Assembly (NCBI RefSeq): GCF_041956535.1
Contig: NW_027192209.1
Coordinates: 511,408 to 575,407, forward strand
Origin: Calcarisporiella thermophila CBS 279.70
Taxonomy: Eukaryota > Fungi > Calcarisporiellomycota
Direction of reading: 5' to 3'
Length of the DNA: 64,000 nt
In this document: in pieces, positions 1-12,703 of the stretch
How positions within the stretch are numbered: the first letter of the stretch is position 1
Layout: every line of letters starts with the position of its first letter
Program-made: the position numbers and the translations under genes
The notes under the pieces: generated by a model
The model's database searches: none
Told to the model about the DNA's origin: nothing
Seen by the model: the letters and a program-made list of their open reading frames with translations, nothing else

Positions 1-1250
1 CCTTAACAAGTATTGATTAATATTAATTTATAGACAATTACGAACACTTTTATTTCTATTTGTATGACCATTTCAATGACCAAATGAATTAAACATTCTT
101 CTAGAACTCATAAATAAATCACATCTGCGTTAGATAAATGATATAACTTTGCAGGATGTGAGATAAGGCTATCCAGAGAATTTAAGGCTCATCCCTATGA
201 ATATACCTCTCAATCTTACTCTTGCAGATTTCTTGCTGAAACCCATGCTATTTCCTTGTTCTAATTATTGAAAATCGTTATGAAATCGTTTCCGAATATT
301 CATCTCAGAGTTAGATTAATATTTACTCCTTCTTGCTACCTATTTTATTTCCTTACTGATTTCATTTTGTCATTTCCATGTCAGAATCAATATCTGCATA
401 AGTTTCCCATTGGCTCATACCTTGCAACTCTCACTGGTGTCTTTACGCCCATTTCATATCTCGCGTTCTCACTACCTCCAGCTATCGTTAAGTTTAAGTT
501 AATGTGATTTTATTCATACAAAGTCTTAACTGGTTAAATTTAAGAACGAATATACGATTAAATCGAAATCTGTGCATTGAACTGTTGACTATATAAAAAA
601 GCTATTAGGTCATTTGCTCTGGGATTTTTCCAAAATCAGACATTATTTATCTTATGTTACTCTTTCCAAGCTTCTGACTCTATCTGACCCGCTTACAGTA
701 TATCTGGCTGATTTACAATACTTGATTTTTAACGCAGCGTATCCCTGATAATGCTCTTATTGGCTAGAGGATGATGAGTAACATGAGGGTTTGTGATATT
801 ATGGAGTAGCTCTACGAAATCAGATAAGCACTACCCCCTTTCAAGTCATTGATTCTTGCAAAAGTTTATTGTTTCACCGTGGGTAAATCAAATGATACTT
901 TGAACTCAGACCACTTGATTTTCCACAAGAGGGAGGGGTAAAATGAAAGTTTTGATTAATCGGCCATGGTATCATAGTGCCTTTTTCAAAGTAGAACCTA
1001 ATATCGTTATACTTCAAGTATTAGGTGGAGTGACTTATATTCAGCAGATTTATCATTTTGTAAACAAAAATTTGGATATAATATGTTTTGAAATAAGCAC
1101 TGAAGTTGAATGAATTGCTATATGCATTTCCATGGTAAAGAAATCGACAGGGAATGACGTGGATACATAAATCGGAAATTTATAGCTACACAATATGTAT
1201 TAACTCGATTTGGTAACCACCAATGTGCTTGTGGCCAGCCCAAGAAATTC

Positions 1251-1836
1251 CTTGGCTAGCCCATGGATTAAGAAATCGCGAGCTATTAGTCTCAAAGCTA
1301 TGAGTTATTGTTCGGTTATCAGCATATGAGAGCACTTCAAGTTCATTACTTTTACTCAATATCCGTTATACTGGCAAATACCATGGCGTCATTTCAGTCT
1401 GTTGGTTTTAAGCGGCTAGTCTCTACCCATTGTGGAGGCATTTATACAATGCCCTTCGACTTATCCTTCGAAGAGGATATTTCAGATTCTTGCTGCGGCA
1501 TTTTCTTGGCACAGCCAAGAATACTTGCAAATCAAGCCGTTTGCCATATATGGCGTGTTCTTTTCGACGGATATTAGCAAAGTTCGGAAATCAGCCAAGC
1601 CAAGCAAAAAAAAATACACGCTATTTTCTTGGGGGTGCTTGTGCTCCAAGGAAGCTTCGATGGAGAATGCCTGTTAGGTTCCCCCTGTGCCACGAGAGTG
1701 GTGCTCTCTCTAGAAAATTGCCCTTCTTGTTTCTAGCACCGATTGCAGGCAATTATGAATTAGGTAAAATCCTTTGCTTGGCACCTCATAGAGGAAGAGC
1801 TTGTTTATATGGAGTTGAAATTCGCGGATTCTTGGC
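1251..1836. promoter_or_regulatory. Cluster of 7 GCCAAG/CTTGGC (PacC/Rim101-type) motifs upstream of HSF
   Basis: Motifs start at 1251, 1505, 1514, 1594, 1599, 1777 and 1831, including the inverted pair TTCTTGGC-ACA-GCCAAGAA. Confidence 0.55.
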
Positions 1837-1953
1837 AATGTCAAACTGAAATGTCTTATTAAAGAAAGATAAACCATTTTACCGGTGTTTTTAATATTTT
1901 CGCATTTCATTTTGTCTTTGTAAGAATAGCCAACACGATAAAAGATTTCTACC

Positions 1954-3292
1954 ATGGATGTAATGGAACAAACACTTTTTACTGCAACTGAAGGTCTTAT
2001 GACTCCGAACTCTCCCTTTCTGCGGCAACGCTCGCGGTCCTCATCTACAAGTAGCGCTTCCAATTCTTTACAATCGTCCCACAATGTCTCCCCAGTCAAC
2101 GTCAATACTACCTCGAAACCGATTAGCTCATTCGTACGGAAACTTATAAAGTAAGGCTAAATTAATAAGTGGATATAAGCAAAAGAATCCGTGAACTAAT
2201 CCAGACGATGAAATCAGCATGGTCAATGATGAGAATTTTCAGCATCTCATTTCTTGGTCCTACTCGGGGTCTTCATTCATAGTGTGTAATGTGCAAGAAT
2301 TTTCGCGATCAGTACTACCAGTTCACTTCAAAGTAAGATTCTTCAATCACAAATCCTTCTCTGTCAATTCGGTTTAACGTATTTGCTTCCCCCTCCCTTC
2401 CCCAATTTCATTCTCTCTTCTCTAGCATAACAATTTCTCGAGCTTTGTGCGTCAATTAAATATGTAAGCTATTAAGAATTCCATTTTTTCCTCAATCCTG
2501 CGGTGTTTTTAACCGTTTTTCACCTATCCAGGTACGGCTTTTATAAAGTAAACAAGAGCCCGCGAGGACATCGTTCACTAGTAAGTATCCTTGTCTTGCT
2601 CTCTCCTTCAGTACTACCTCTGATCATTTCTCTAACTCTAGTCCGATAATCAAATCTGGGAATTCTCGCACCAAAATTTCCTTCGCGACTGCCCTGACCT
2701 GCTTCCCTCCATTAGGAGGAAAACCGTCGACCCCGACCCGTCCTTACGGCGGGAGGATCTATACGCGCGCCTCAACTCCCTGCAGACAGCCAACTCGGAA
2801 CTCAATCAACGGATGATGCAGCTTAGTGGTAATTTCGCAGAGATGCTCAAGGTGGTGGAGGATATGAGGAAGACACAGGCAATGCAGCAGAAAATCATTC
2901 GGCAGCTAGCCCTTCTCCTGGCAAAACAAAAGCTACAAAACCAACAAAACCAACAAAACCAGCAACAGTTGCAACAGTTGCAACAACCAGTTCAGCAGCA
3001 GGAAAACAATATGGAGGGATCGCTTGAGAAGGAGATGGGTTTCTTTAAGAAGTCTTTCTACTCGCCTTATCTCATGAATGATCTCTACCTGCCCTTGAGT
3101 AATGCAAGTGGGGAGGTTACGGGGGGCGACACAGATATATTACTGAATGAGCAATTAAGCAATACTGGAATGGACCAAGGCGAGGAGAAGAGGTTATTGG
3201 CCGCAGGCGTGCCATTGCCGCCAAGTCCTTGTGGAAGCGTGGTGGAAGAAGAGTGGGAAGATCATCGGATGGGAATGCAGTTGAGCGCATGA
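1954..3292 (+). CDS. HSF-type DNA-binding transcription factor (5 exons)
   Basis: Spliced translation gives FVRKL..MVNDENFQHLISWSYSGSSFIVCNVQEFSRSVLPVHFK/HNNFSSFVRQLNM/YGFYKVNKSPRGHRSL/SDNQIWEFSHQNFLRD (HSF winged-helix domain), then a coiled coil and a Q-rich tract; four GT-AG introns. Confidence 0.95.
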
Positions 3293-4452
3293 TTGATTAG
3301 TTTTTCTTTTATCCCATGTTACCTTTTTCAGCATTGTATTAATGGATGGATCCTTTTGTTACCTCACCCCATTTCAACTGTAATATAGCTTTTTCTCTTT
3401 GTGTTCTCTGAAATAATGAGCGAAAAAAAAAAAAGAATCCTACAACAAAAATAAATATTAATTCCGATACTCTCATTACCTTGACTCTCCTTCCGGAATG
3501 AAACGGTTTTCTTGTCGAGAAGATGATCGCAACTAGGAGTAGGGTTGCGTGAAATCGTGGGAAAGTTGGTTATAATATGGACATATAGTGCGAAGGGCTC
3601 ATGAACGAAATATAAGCCACGCACCCGAATCCAGCCTCTCAAATTGTCGAGAAAAGCTTATGCTATCGAAACCTTCGTGCTAAATGGTGGCAAACCATAG
3701 GGTCTAATAAAACAAACAAAAACAGCCCGTGTACCCCAATTAAAAACGAAGATCGTAAAATGAAGGGCGATGACGAGATGCCGATTGTCGAGCTCCTCGT
3801 GCTCAGTTTCCATTTTATAGTTGTCCTCTCTTTTTTCCTCTCTGGCTTGTTGCATCGGGACTAGAAACCTTCTATTTGCGTTTAATATGCACCTTTTCGG
3901 ATGTTCGCACTCGCTCGACTCTTCTCTCACACTGCCGCTTCACTCAATGTGACGTGAGTTTTCCTTGCTAGTTCTGGCTTTATTTTTATTGATGGGGATT
4001 AAAGTTTCCTGCGAACTTTGCGTCTATGGCGAGTATACTCCCTTTAACTTGCTTTTTTTCTCTCCTTTCTCTTTCTCCCTCTCGCTTTTTTGTTTCGCAA
4101 GCGCTTTCATTGCCCATATTTGAGTTTCCTCCCGGATCACAATACTACGGCAGAGTCCCTTCTAAAGCACGCATCACTAATCACCCCTCTCTTGCCCTCC
4201 CTCTATCTCATTGTTCTCCATCATTCCCCGCCATTCCTATAGTTTGTACAGATATATATAATTACTAACCTGCCCCTCTACTGTCAAACCCTCTTTACTA
4301 TTGTTGTCAAAGGGTAGGTCCTTCTTAAAGGAGATTGACTGAAACACTTTTCTGAACATCCATATAAGCCCCTTCTCCCCGCCTGAATATACGGCGCCTC
4401 TCTTGTTTCCCTCCGACATATCACCAATCTACTTTCTCTCTCCGTTCAACTC

Positions 4453-5637
4453 ATGGAATATGGAGGAGTATCTAATGGAGCAGACGGCGACATTCCGAGG
4501 CACAATTGCTCTGAAGCAAGTGGCGTTGCCACCGCAAAGTGGGAACAATCACCGGAGAATCCCAGGGCACCTTCAAGTGGCTTTAGACAATCAGCTCAAA
4601 GGTCTTTTTTACCCTCGATGTCTCCTGAATACTTGGGGGGAAGCTATTCTCAACCGGTGCCTAAAGCCTCTTCTATATCTACTGGTAAATACTCGACGAG
4701 GGATAAAAAGCTGGTTGACCAATACTATATATTTACTTTTTATTTTGACCACGCAGGCATATACTCTCCAGATCTTCCCAACCATTCATTCCAGCCTCTA
4801 CAGGACATAGAAATTGGCTTCGCTCCCTTTCCTCCTGATTGCCTTTCCCACCCCCAGCCAATTTCCAGCACTATTAGCACTATGCATAGCATTGGTCTTG
4901 GATTGAAATCTCGTCGAGCTGCACAGAACCGCGCAGCCCAGCGAGCTTTTCGCCAACGTAAAGATAGATATGTAAAAGATCTGGAGGAAAAAGTCAGAGA
5001 GCTGGATACACTTCAGTTGGCATTCCAGGAAAAATGCAGGGAAAATGAACAGCTGTATGATATGGTACGGGAGCTTCAGGCAGAAATTGCGCAGCTGAGC
5101 GGGGCAGGAGACCATGAAATGGCACGATCTGCTTCGACTTTCCGGACAATTCCAACTTGTGTGACACCTACCCCATCCATATTGACGCACACTGCCACAG
5201 AATCTTCTCAAGACTTCATAGATCCAAGTGATGGACTGTCATCGGCCTTTAACCAGCTCAAAGACACAAAGCTTCTTGCGCCTCACACCGATCTCTCCTT
5301 ATCAAAATCTTCTCTCTCCTCCTCTTATTCTCTCCCCGGCTCTTTTGACAGCATTTCCCCGCTAACTAACCACTGTCAACCGAGCTTCGATCGTGAAATG
5401 CTCGAAAGTCTCCGCGTAAAATTCTCAAGATGCCCACTTAGCTCTTTTTTTGAGCCGGTTGATGCGGGATATATTCGAGACGAGAGTGATAGCAAGGCGT
5501 CGACGATGGAAGGAACAAGTGTGAGTATCGAAGAAACAATTGAGCCATTGGAGGTGAATGAAGAGGTAGAGAAGGTAATGGACAATTTCTGCGAGATGTT
5601 GCGTGCTAGGCCACCCCCTGAGCTTCTCAATGATTGA
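4453..5637 (+). CDS. Yap/AP-1-like bZIP transcription factor
   Basis: Basic region SRRAAQNRAAQRAFRQRKDRYVKDLEEKV plus leucine zipper; C-terminal MDNFCEML resembles the Yap1 c-CRD; probable 72-nt intron at 4685-4756. Confidence 0.9.
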   Translation: MEYGGVSNGADGDIPRHNCSEASGVATAKWEQSPENPRAPSSGFRQSAQRSFLPSMSPEYLGGSYSQPVPKASSISTGKYSTRDKKLVDQYYIFTFYFDHAGIYSPDLPNHSFQPLQDIEIGFAPFPPDCLSHPQPISSTISTMHSIGLGLKSRRAAQNRAAQRAFRQRKDRYVKDLEEKVRELDTLQLAFQEKCRENEQLYDMVRELQAEIAQLSGAGDHEMARSASTFRTIPTCVTPTPSILTHTATESSQDFIDPSDGLSSAFNQLKDTKLLAPHTDLSLSKSSLSSSYSLPGSFDSISPLTNHCQPSFDREMLESLRVKFSRCPLSSFFEPVDAGYIRDESDSKASTMEGTSVSIEETIEPLEVNEEVEKVMDNFCEMLRARPPPELLND

Positions 5638-6078
5638 GATCCTTTTCCTTGTAACAAAAAAAAAAATGCGTCTTTTATGACGTTTTCAGCTACCACGATG
5701 ATCAATTCGATCGGCACTTTTAATTTATTTTTGCTTTTCCTTATTCTGTTGCTGTTGCCTTTTTTTTTCTTACTGTGATATTTTAATTGCTCTTAATTAT
5801 TTCCTTGACAATTTATTTACATTCCTCTCAATTCAATTTCACCGTTTCACTCCAATTTTTATAATCCTCGATGACTGTGCCCAGCCTCATTTCTCCTGTC
5901 TCCTGGCGGTCTTTTTTTATTCTGTAATAAATAATAATTCCAATGAGCAGCGAAATTTGGTAACTATTTTATATATTACTTGAATGGATGAATGCCCATG
6001 GACTCAGGATCCATTACTATTGCAGTAACAAATAGAAGAGTATGATTCAGAAAGAACAACATGCTACATAAGAAACCT

Positions 6079-8058
6079 TCACAAAGAGTTCGAATATTCG
6101 CTTCCCACAAAGTTCATTCTTTTCTTGAACACTATGTTGGACATGGGGGGTCGCCGGCCACCAGAGAATAATTCTGGTTCATCTGGTTGCTCAAGGCGAA
6201 ACTCATACTCACGAAGCAAAATAGCAGTAATGTACTTGATCTCATTGATGGCGAAGAAGCGACCAGGACAAGTATGCCTATAAAATGAACCAAATCCGAG
6301 TGCAAAATGGTGTTTCATTTGGCGTCAAAGGGGCTGTGGTAATCGGAAATACACATTCATCGATCCACTTACTTTCCAAAGCCAAAAATAAGATAGTCCG
6401 TTGCTGGTCTGACAGCCGTCTTGGACTTGCCCGTAAAGCGGAATGGGCGGAATTCTTCGTCATATTCGTCGTTCTCATTGGTCCAATGGGTTGAAATATA
6501 ATTGATGTATATGTGGGCACCTAGACAAGAAAAGGAGAGTAAACTTCACTCGTTATTAATTGTAAGTCCAACAACAACAAGATCACCTTTGTCAACACTC
6601 ATCCCATTAGGCAACTTCGTGTCTTTCAGCACTTTATGTGCCAAACCAAGCGTTGAATTTGACTTTCTCAGACACTCCCGAATATATGAGTCCAACTTGA
6701 CCATGGACTTGAGCGACTCTACCGTGATGGCCGGGTCAACCGCATAAAGTTCGCGCTGTTCTTGAACCAGCTCATCCGTAAACTCCGTATATTTAGCCAT
6801 TGCATAAACTACCATAGCGCCGAACTTGGAAGTTGTGTGCACTAATTAACATCAGAGCAAAGGACCGAAATGAAATCAACCGTGCTACTCAAAATAAATA
6901 TCGTTAATTACTGGCCAAAAACGCAATAGCATGCAAGCACTTGGACGCGTATATCTCCACGGGAATGTCGGGCGGACACTCGTCGATGCAATCTTGGAGA
7001 AGATCGCAAGGTCTATTCCAAGACTCGCCCAGCTCCTCTCTCTCACGCCTTCTACGGTCAATTTCAGGCTTAATGATGGCACTTATCCCGCGAATGTTCT
7101 TGTTTGGAACATCGTAGTACCAAAATAGAAAACTAGATTGAAAAAGACGGTGAAAGAAAGCGTCAGCCAACCCCGTGGGGAAGCGTCGATCGAAATCAAT
7201 AGAAGGACCTTTCCCAGAACTTTGTGTAAGCAGGAAATGGTCTCATAAAGGTTGGACTCATGTCAACAACTACCCTCATAAAAATCCCTTTCAATCTTTC
7301 GTCACAACAGAGCTCCTCCCCCACCAAGGCGCTTGAAGCTGCCGTCACGACAATATCCCGTACCATCGCAAATCCGTTGAGTGTTTTCTCGCCATTGAGG
7401 TCACCCAGCCATTTCTCGAAACCTCGTTGAACAAATTTTGCCACGCGAGGCACATAAGTGTCGAGTCGGCGGGTTAAATTGCGTTTGACAAACCCGGATA
7501 TAAACTCATGGTTAGACTCCTGGTTCGGTATCTCTAGAGCGGTGCTGAGGTTAGTGATCTATAATTTCTTCTCATCATCAATATTCAATAAAGTTCCATG
7601 CAAAATATTTGAGAAACAATTACATCAAACAGAGCCTCCATAAAGTTGAGATATTTTTGACCGGTGGTATAGACAACGAGATGCTTATCCACTATCACCA
7701 TCTCCATCCCTTCAATCATCACTCTAAAAACAGGACCATATTTCTCAGTACAGGATCTAATAAAGGCTTTACGATCCTTCTTGTACATCCATGTGTGTCC
7801 AATTAGGGGGAGGGTGTAGGGAACCATTGGGGGGTAATTCTAATCGGAGAAGTTGAAATTAGCGGCTGGATTCTATCATAAAGGTACCATATTATTCGAG
7901 AATACCTTTTTCTTTTCTGTACGGAGCAGCACAGCGACACCCACAACTGCTAGGGTGCCAATTATGTATCGAACAGATGCACTATCAAGATTAATACTAC
8001 CAACGTACTGGGTAAGCCATTCCTTTCCCGAATTAAGGAATTTTTCCATGCCGACCAT
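6079..8058 (-). CDS. Cytochrome P450 (paralog A, 7 exons)
   Basis: N-terminal TM, I-helix AFLAMHTTS, ExxR (RECLR) and heme motif FGFGKHTCPGRFFA assembled across introns. Confidence 0.93.
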
Positions 8059-8639
8059 TTCGAATAACTATTTTTGAAATTAAAGAAAAGAAAACAATAC
8101 CAAGTCAAAAACAGTGTGATGCACTGCTCATGCTTCTAAGAAATTCTTTTCTTATTTTTTCTTATTCGAATAATCAAGGGATGTGAAACTTCATGATAAC
8201 TCTCTTTTAACTTTCACTCGGTCACGTTGCTTAAATAGGAAAACAGCCAATTATCGATTTGGCCACTCTCTTCTCCTAACCCAAGAACCAGGCTTCATGT
8301 GAATTTCGCTGATATGAATAGCATTTGTCTTTACTACAAGGATGGCTGCTCCTTCTAAACCTTTCTACTACGCGTACTACTTGTCACAAGAAAATGATAA
8401 GGAGCGTGTGTTATCGGTATATCGTTACAAACCTCAATAGATAGTCACAGTTTGCTATAGAAGGAAAAGGAGAGTTCAACAATAGTCTAATTTATTACAT
8501 TTAGCATTTGAGCCCTTGGAGATGGCTAAGAAGCCTCCAATGGTATACAGAAAGAACGGATATAGTAAAACTTGTGAGATTGTTTTACATATAAGAAATA
8601 GCAAGGAGTCTCTTTAGACAACTAACCACCATTTTAGTC

Positions 8640-10617
8640 TCACGCGAAATCGGTTCGCTTCTTAAACACAATGTTGGAAGTAGGAACTTGTTGGAAATAG
8701 GAAAACACTTGCGACGCGGGGTCCTCCAGGCGGAACTCATAACCACGTAGAAGGATGGCTGCCAGGTATTTAATCTCACTGATAGCAAAAAAGCGGCCAG
8801 GGCATGTGTGCCTGCGATAGAAAAATGACACCATGGAAATGAAGTTTTTGGGGATCCGAGTTAGTAACAAAAAAAAGAAGGAATAAACCTCCTATTAGCA
8901 TCTACTCACTTTCCGAATCCGAAGCTGAGGAAATCGACCCCCGGCTTTACTGCCGTCTTGGCCTTGCCAACAAAGCGGAAAGGTTTAAACTCGGCGTCCA
9001 TCTCGCCGTTCTCGTCTGTCTCGTGCGTTGAGATGAAATTAATGGAGATGTGGGCGCCTGCCAATAAAAATAGTGAAACAAAATAGAATCATCAGACAAC
9101 ACTCCACTCTCCAAAAGGATGGCTCGGCGTACCTTTGTTCACATCCATCCCGTTCGGCAATTTGGTGTCTTTCAACACCTTATGTGTCAAGCCAATGGGG
9201 GGATTAGACCTTCTCATACTCTCTCGGATGAAAGAATCCAGTTTGACCATCTGCTTGAGGGTTTCCGAGGTAATTTCTGGGTTGACGGCATGGATCTCAC
9301 GCTGTTCCTGCACCAACTCCTCAATGAACTCTTGGTATTTGGCCATGGCATAGATGACGATAGAGCCAAACATGGAGGTGGTGTGCACTATTTGGTGTGA
9401 AAAAGACTTCGATGTAAGTATCATGGCATCACGCTCAGTCTTTCTACAGTGAGCATTTACTAGCAGCAAAAGCAATTGAATGCAAGCCCTTAGTCACGTA
9501 ATAATCAACTGGGACGTTGGGGGGGGAATCATCCATAAAGTCTTGTAGAAGATCATTGGGGCGTACCCAGGAGGCTCCTTGTTGTTCGCGCTCGTGCATC
9601 CTGCGTTCGACCTCGGGCTTTATGATGGCACGCAGCTCTCGCAGGTTTCTGTAGGGGACATCGTAGTACCAAAAGAGGAAGCTAAGTGGAGAGGTTAGGA
9701 GCAACATGTCAGCTACCTTCTGAAAGCAGAGATAGGTCCTGAACCACCCTACCTTTCCCAAAGTTTCGTGTAGGCTGGGAATCGCCTTGTAAATGTCGGA
9801 GCGATATCAGACACCACACGCTTAAAAATGGCCTTCAGGCTCTCGTCGTTGCAGAGTTCCTCCCCTACCATGGCGCTTCCAGCGGCGGCCACCACCACAT
9901 CTTGCAACATTACAAACCCGCACAGCGTCTTCTCGCCTTCGATATCACCCAGCCATTTGTCATAGCCTTGCTGAACAAGCTTCGCCACTCGGGGCACGTA
10001 GACTTCAAGGCGACGGGTTAGGTTCTGCTTGACAAACTCGGCCACGAACTCATGGTTAGACATATTGGTTGGGACGGGGAAATCGAGGACGCTATGGATG
10101 TTGGTAGTCTATAGTTCGATGAAAGAAAATGAAAGATTTAGTATGTGAGGCCTCTGCACCCCCATACTTCCGCCATATAAACTACTCACCTCATAGATTG
10201 CTTCCATAAAATCAATGTGCTTTTGGCTGGTAGTAAAGACTACGAGATTTCGATCCACGACCACAACCTCCTTCCCTTCGATGATGAGCCTAAACACGGG
10301 CCCATATTTTTTGGCGCATGATGCAATAAATCCCTTGGGGTCCTGCTTGTATAGGTTTGTGTGTCCTACCAGGGGGAGAGAATAGGGGACCATGGGGGGG
10401 TAATTCTAATAAAGATATAAGGATTGAGTGTGCCAGCTCTTCTTGGACGGATTGGAATGTTTGGAACTGGAAGGAAAAAGCTAACCTTTTTCTTTTCTGT
10501 GAAGAGCAAGGCTGCGATACCTGCAGCCGCTAGCGTCCCAGCGACATACCGAACTGGAACTTTGTCGAGGTCTGCCGAGTACTGGTTGAGGTAGTCTTTG
10601 GCTAAATCTAATAACAT
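8640..10617 (-). CDS. Cytochrome P450 (paralog B, tandem duplicate of A)
   Basis: Same intron positions as A; AFAAMHTTS, RESMR, FGFGKHTCPGRFFA. Confidence 0.93.
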
Positions 10618-11071
10618 AGTGGAGCCTGTGGAAACAATAAAAAAAAACACGCTTCTGAACTTCTGGATAAAGGGAGTTTGACATGCAAACAAAAAGGCTT
10701 TTTATAATAGATGAGTAGTGATGAACTTGGGGAGTCCTTTAGCTAATTTTGGCAATTCTAGAGCCGATGGAAAAAGTGTAAAGCCTTAAGGTCTGTGATG
10801 GAGTAGCGAGTCTTCTTCGGGGAATTGATTTTTCCACCCCAATTCGAGCCTCCTCTGAGTGGTGGAATTGGCAGGCGTGTCAATTTGCCCAGCGTTCTGA
10901 ACAACTTGACGCAAGAAAAAAAGGGAGTCTCCGCAGTGGAAAGGAGCCCAAGGTAAGAATGCGTGCCGATTCGAGGAAGGTCTTGAAGAGAGACGACCTT
11001 GATATTGTATAGGATTCTTTGTCCCCTTCTGACCACTATTGTTCAAACGGCCAATCCCCTTCATGAGATCC

Positions 11072-11085
11072 TTAGTCATGAGTCA
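11072..11085. promoter_or_regulatory. Adjacent Yap-type (TTAGTCA) and AP-1/Gcn4-type (TGAGTCA) sites upstream of P450 B
   Basis: Sequence TTAGTCATGAGTCA about 455 bp upstream of the ATG at 10617. Confidence 0.4.
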
Positions 11086-12703
11086 ACAGCGCCCTATCAT
11101 AAGAAGTTCTCTGGGTTTCGTAATAAAATTTGTGAACAAACAAAATAAAAAATAAACATATATATTGGGCGGGGAAAAGCATGATCCGCTTGCATAAGAG
11201 ATGAAGTACAATATCCGCAGAATATTGGGCTCCATTTACTGCTGAATTTTGTGCACTTGCAGTCATACCGGAGTAGAGGAGGGGGCCCATTGCTATTCCC
11301 CCTCATCTTCCATGTAAGTCTATAGATTTTTGATCAGTTGAAATGCATCATAGAGTATTTGTAACTAAAAAAAGGCTCCTTTGATTCTACCATTCATTTC
11401 AGATGTACGAGGGATGCACAAGCATTGGGAGCATATGTCTACATCCAGCTTAAATTGCAGCAACGCTGGGCAGGTGCGATTGGCCTAAACGGGTAGACCC
11501 CATGAGAGCAGCTCCATTTGACAGCTTGCTGCTCCCCAAAATTACCACGGGCAAAGATGTGGATAAGCTAATTCAAAAGATGCACGGCAAATATGCCTTT
11601 TCCCGTCATAGTTCAAACCAAGCGGGATAATGGAAAGAGCGAGATTGTGCCATGGGCCGCACTCTTCGTGGGGGGGGGGGGTGGTGACACATCGATATAG
11701 GAATAAGATTGAAATAGGCTGAGCGTGACTGGTGGAGAAAAGTTTTCTATGAACTTGGCAGAACAATCCAAATGCTTTCCAGGGCATCTCACTCCAGAAT
11801 TTCGAATTTCAGTCATCCAATGTGATTCTTGACATCATACACAACTCATCAGACAATGTGAAGGGGAGCATTTAATGAATGCGTCAGACCAAGGAAGTAT
11901 TTGGCAGTCTCCGGTGGAGTTCAATTCCCTAATTTTGTAAGCTCCGCCCCCATTCCAAACTCAAAGGTAGAGTTCAAGGGTTTTCATAACGCCGGAGATT
12001 GCGTGGACGGGTTATCCGTCAATAAGATTGCCTTGAATTCCGGGAAAAACACTTTACGCGCTTGGCTTATAAAGGGGGGGACCGAAGAGGTGGGGGTGAG
12101 TAATTCCGAATCGCTGATGTATGACTAGAGTCAATATCGGCGACCAGCCACACATATGATTTTGGATGCGGAAATTCGAGCGATCTGCATGATGAATAGG
12201 TCCAAGTCATCTGAACTCGACCCTCTAACATGAACGCCACTGAAGCTTTTTCTAACTCGGAGTGCGTCATGCGAGTAGGTGGTGGATGGATACGGAAATC
12301 TTGTAGAATAGGATCCGAATCCCTCTCTAGGGGTATTATTATAATGTGAGCCAGGGGACGCCTGGACCCTTTTGTTAGGGGATAATGCTCCCACCGGATA
12401 AAGCTTGTTTTGAATTTGATACTTGACACAGTAATAGACATGTGTGTGGAGTTCCAAATTGAGGGATAAAATAAAAAGAAATAGCTTATATTGGGAATGA
12501 AATGGATGAGGTAAAATGGGAGATACTCAAAATAGGTCCAAGGTCATACAGAGAATAGATATTTGGGTGTATTTAGCCATTAGAATTGGGTTGGTCTATT
12601 GTATACTTATAGTACAAGTTAAAATAAAGGTACTGACGCGTTAAATATGAAGCATGTTATCTGGATTTCATAGTGGATAGGCTTATCCAATGGGGGTATA
12701 GGC

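Noticed and set aside
2581-2641. GTATCCTT (U12-type donor) in an HSF intron; similar strings near 17710 and 29443
   Set aside because: The frame is only preserved with ordinary U2 donors and no TCCTTAAC branch site follows
8861-8867. TTAGTAA Yap site upstream of P450 A
   Set aside because: It is the reverse complement of the TACTAAC branch point of the last P450 B intron
11540-12460. Several 70-120 aa ORFs suggesting a decayed gene or transposon
   Set aside because: No recognisable domain, splice model or terminal repeats
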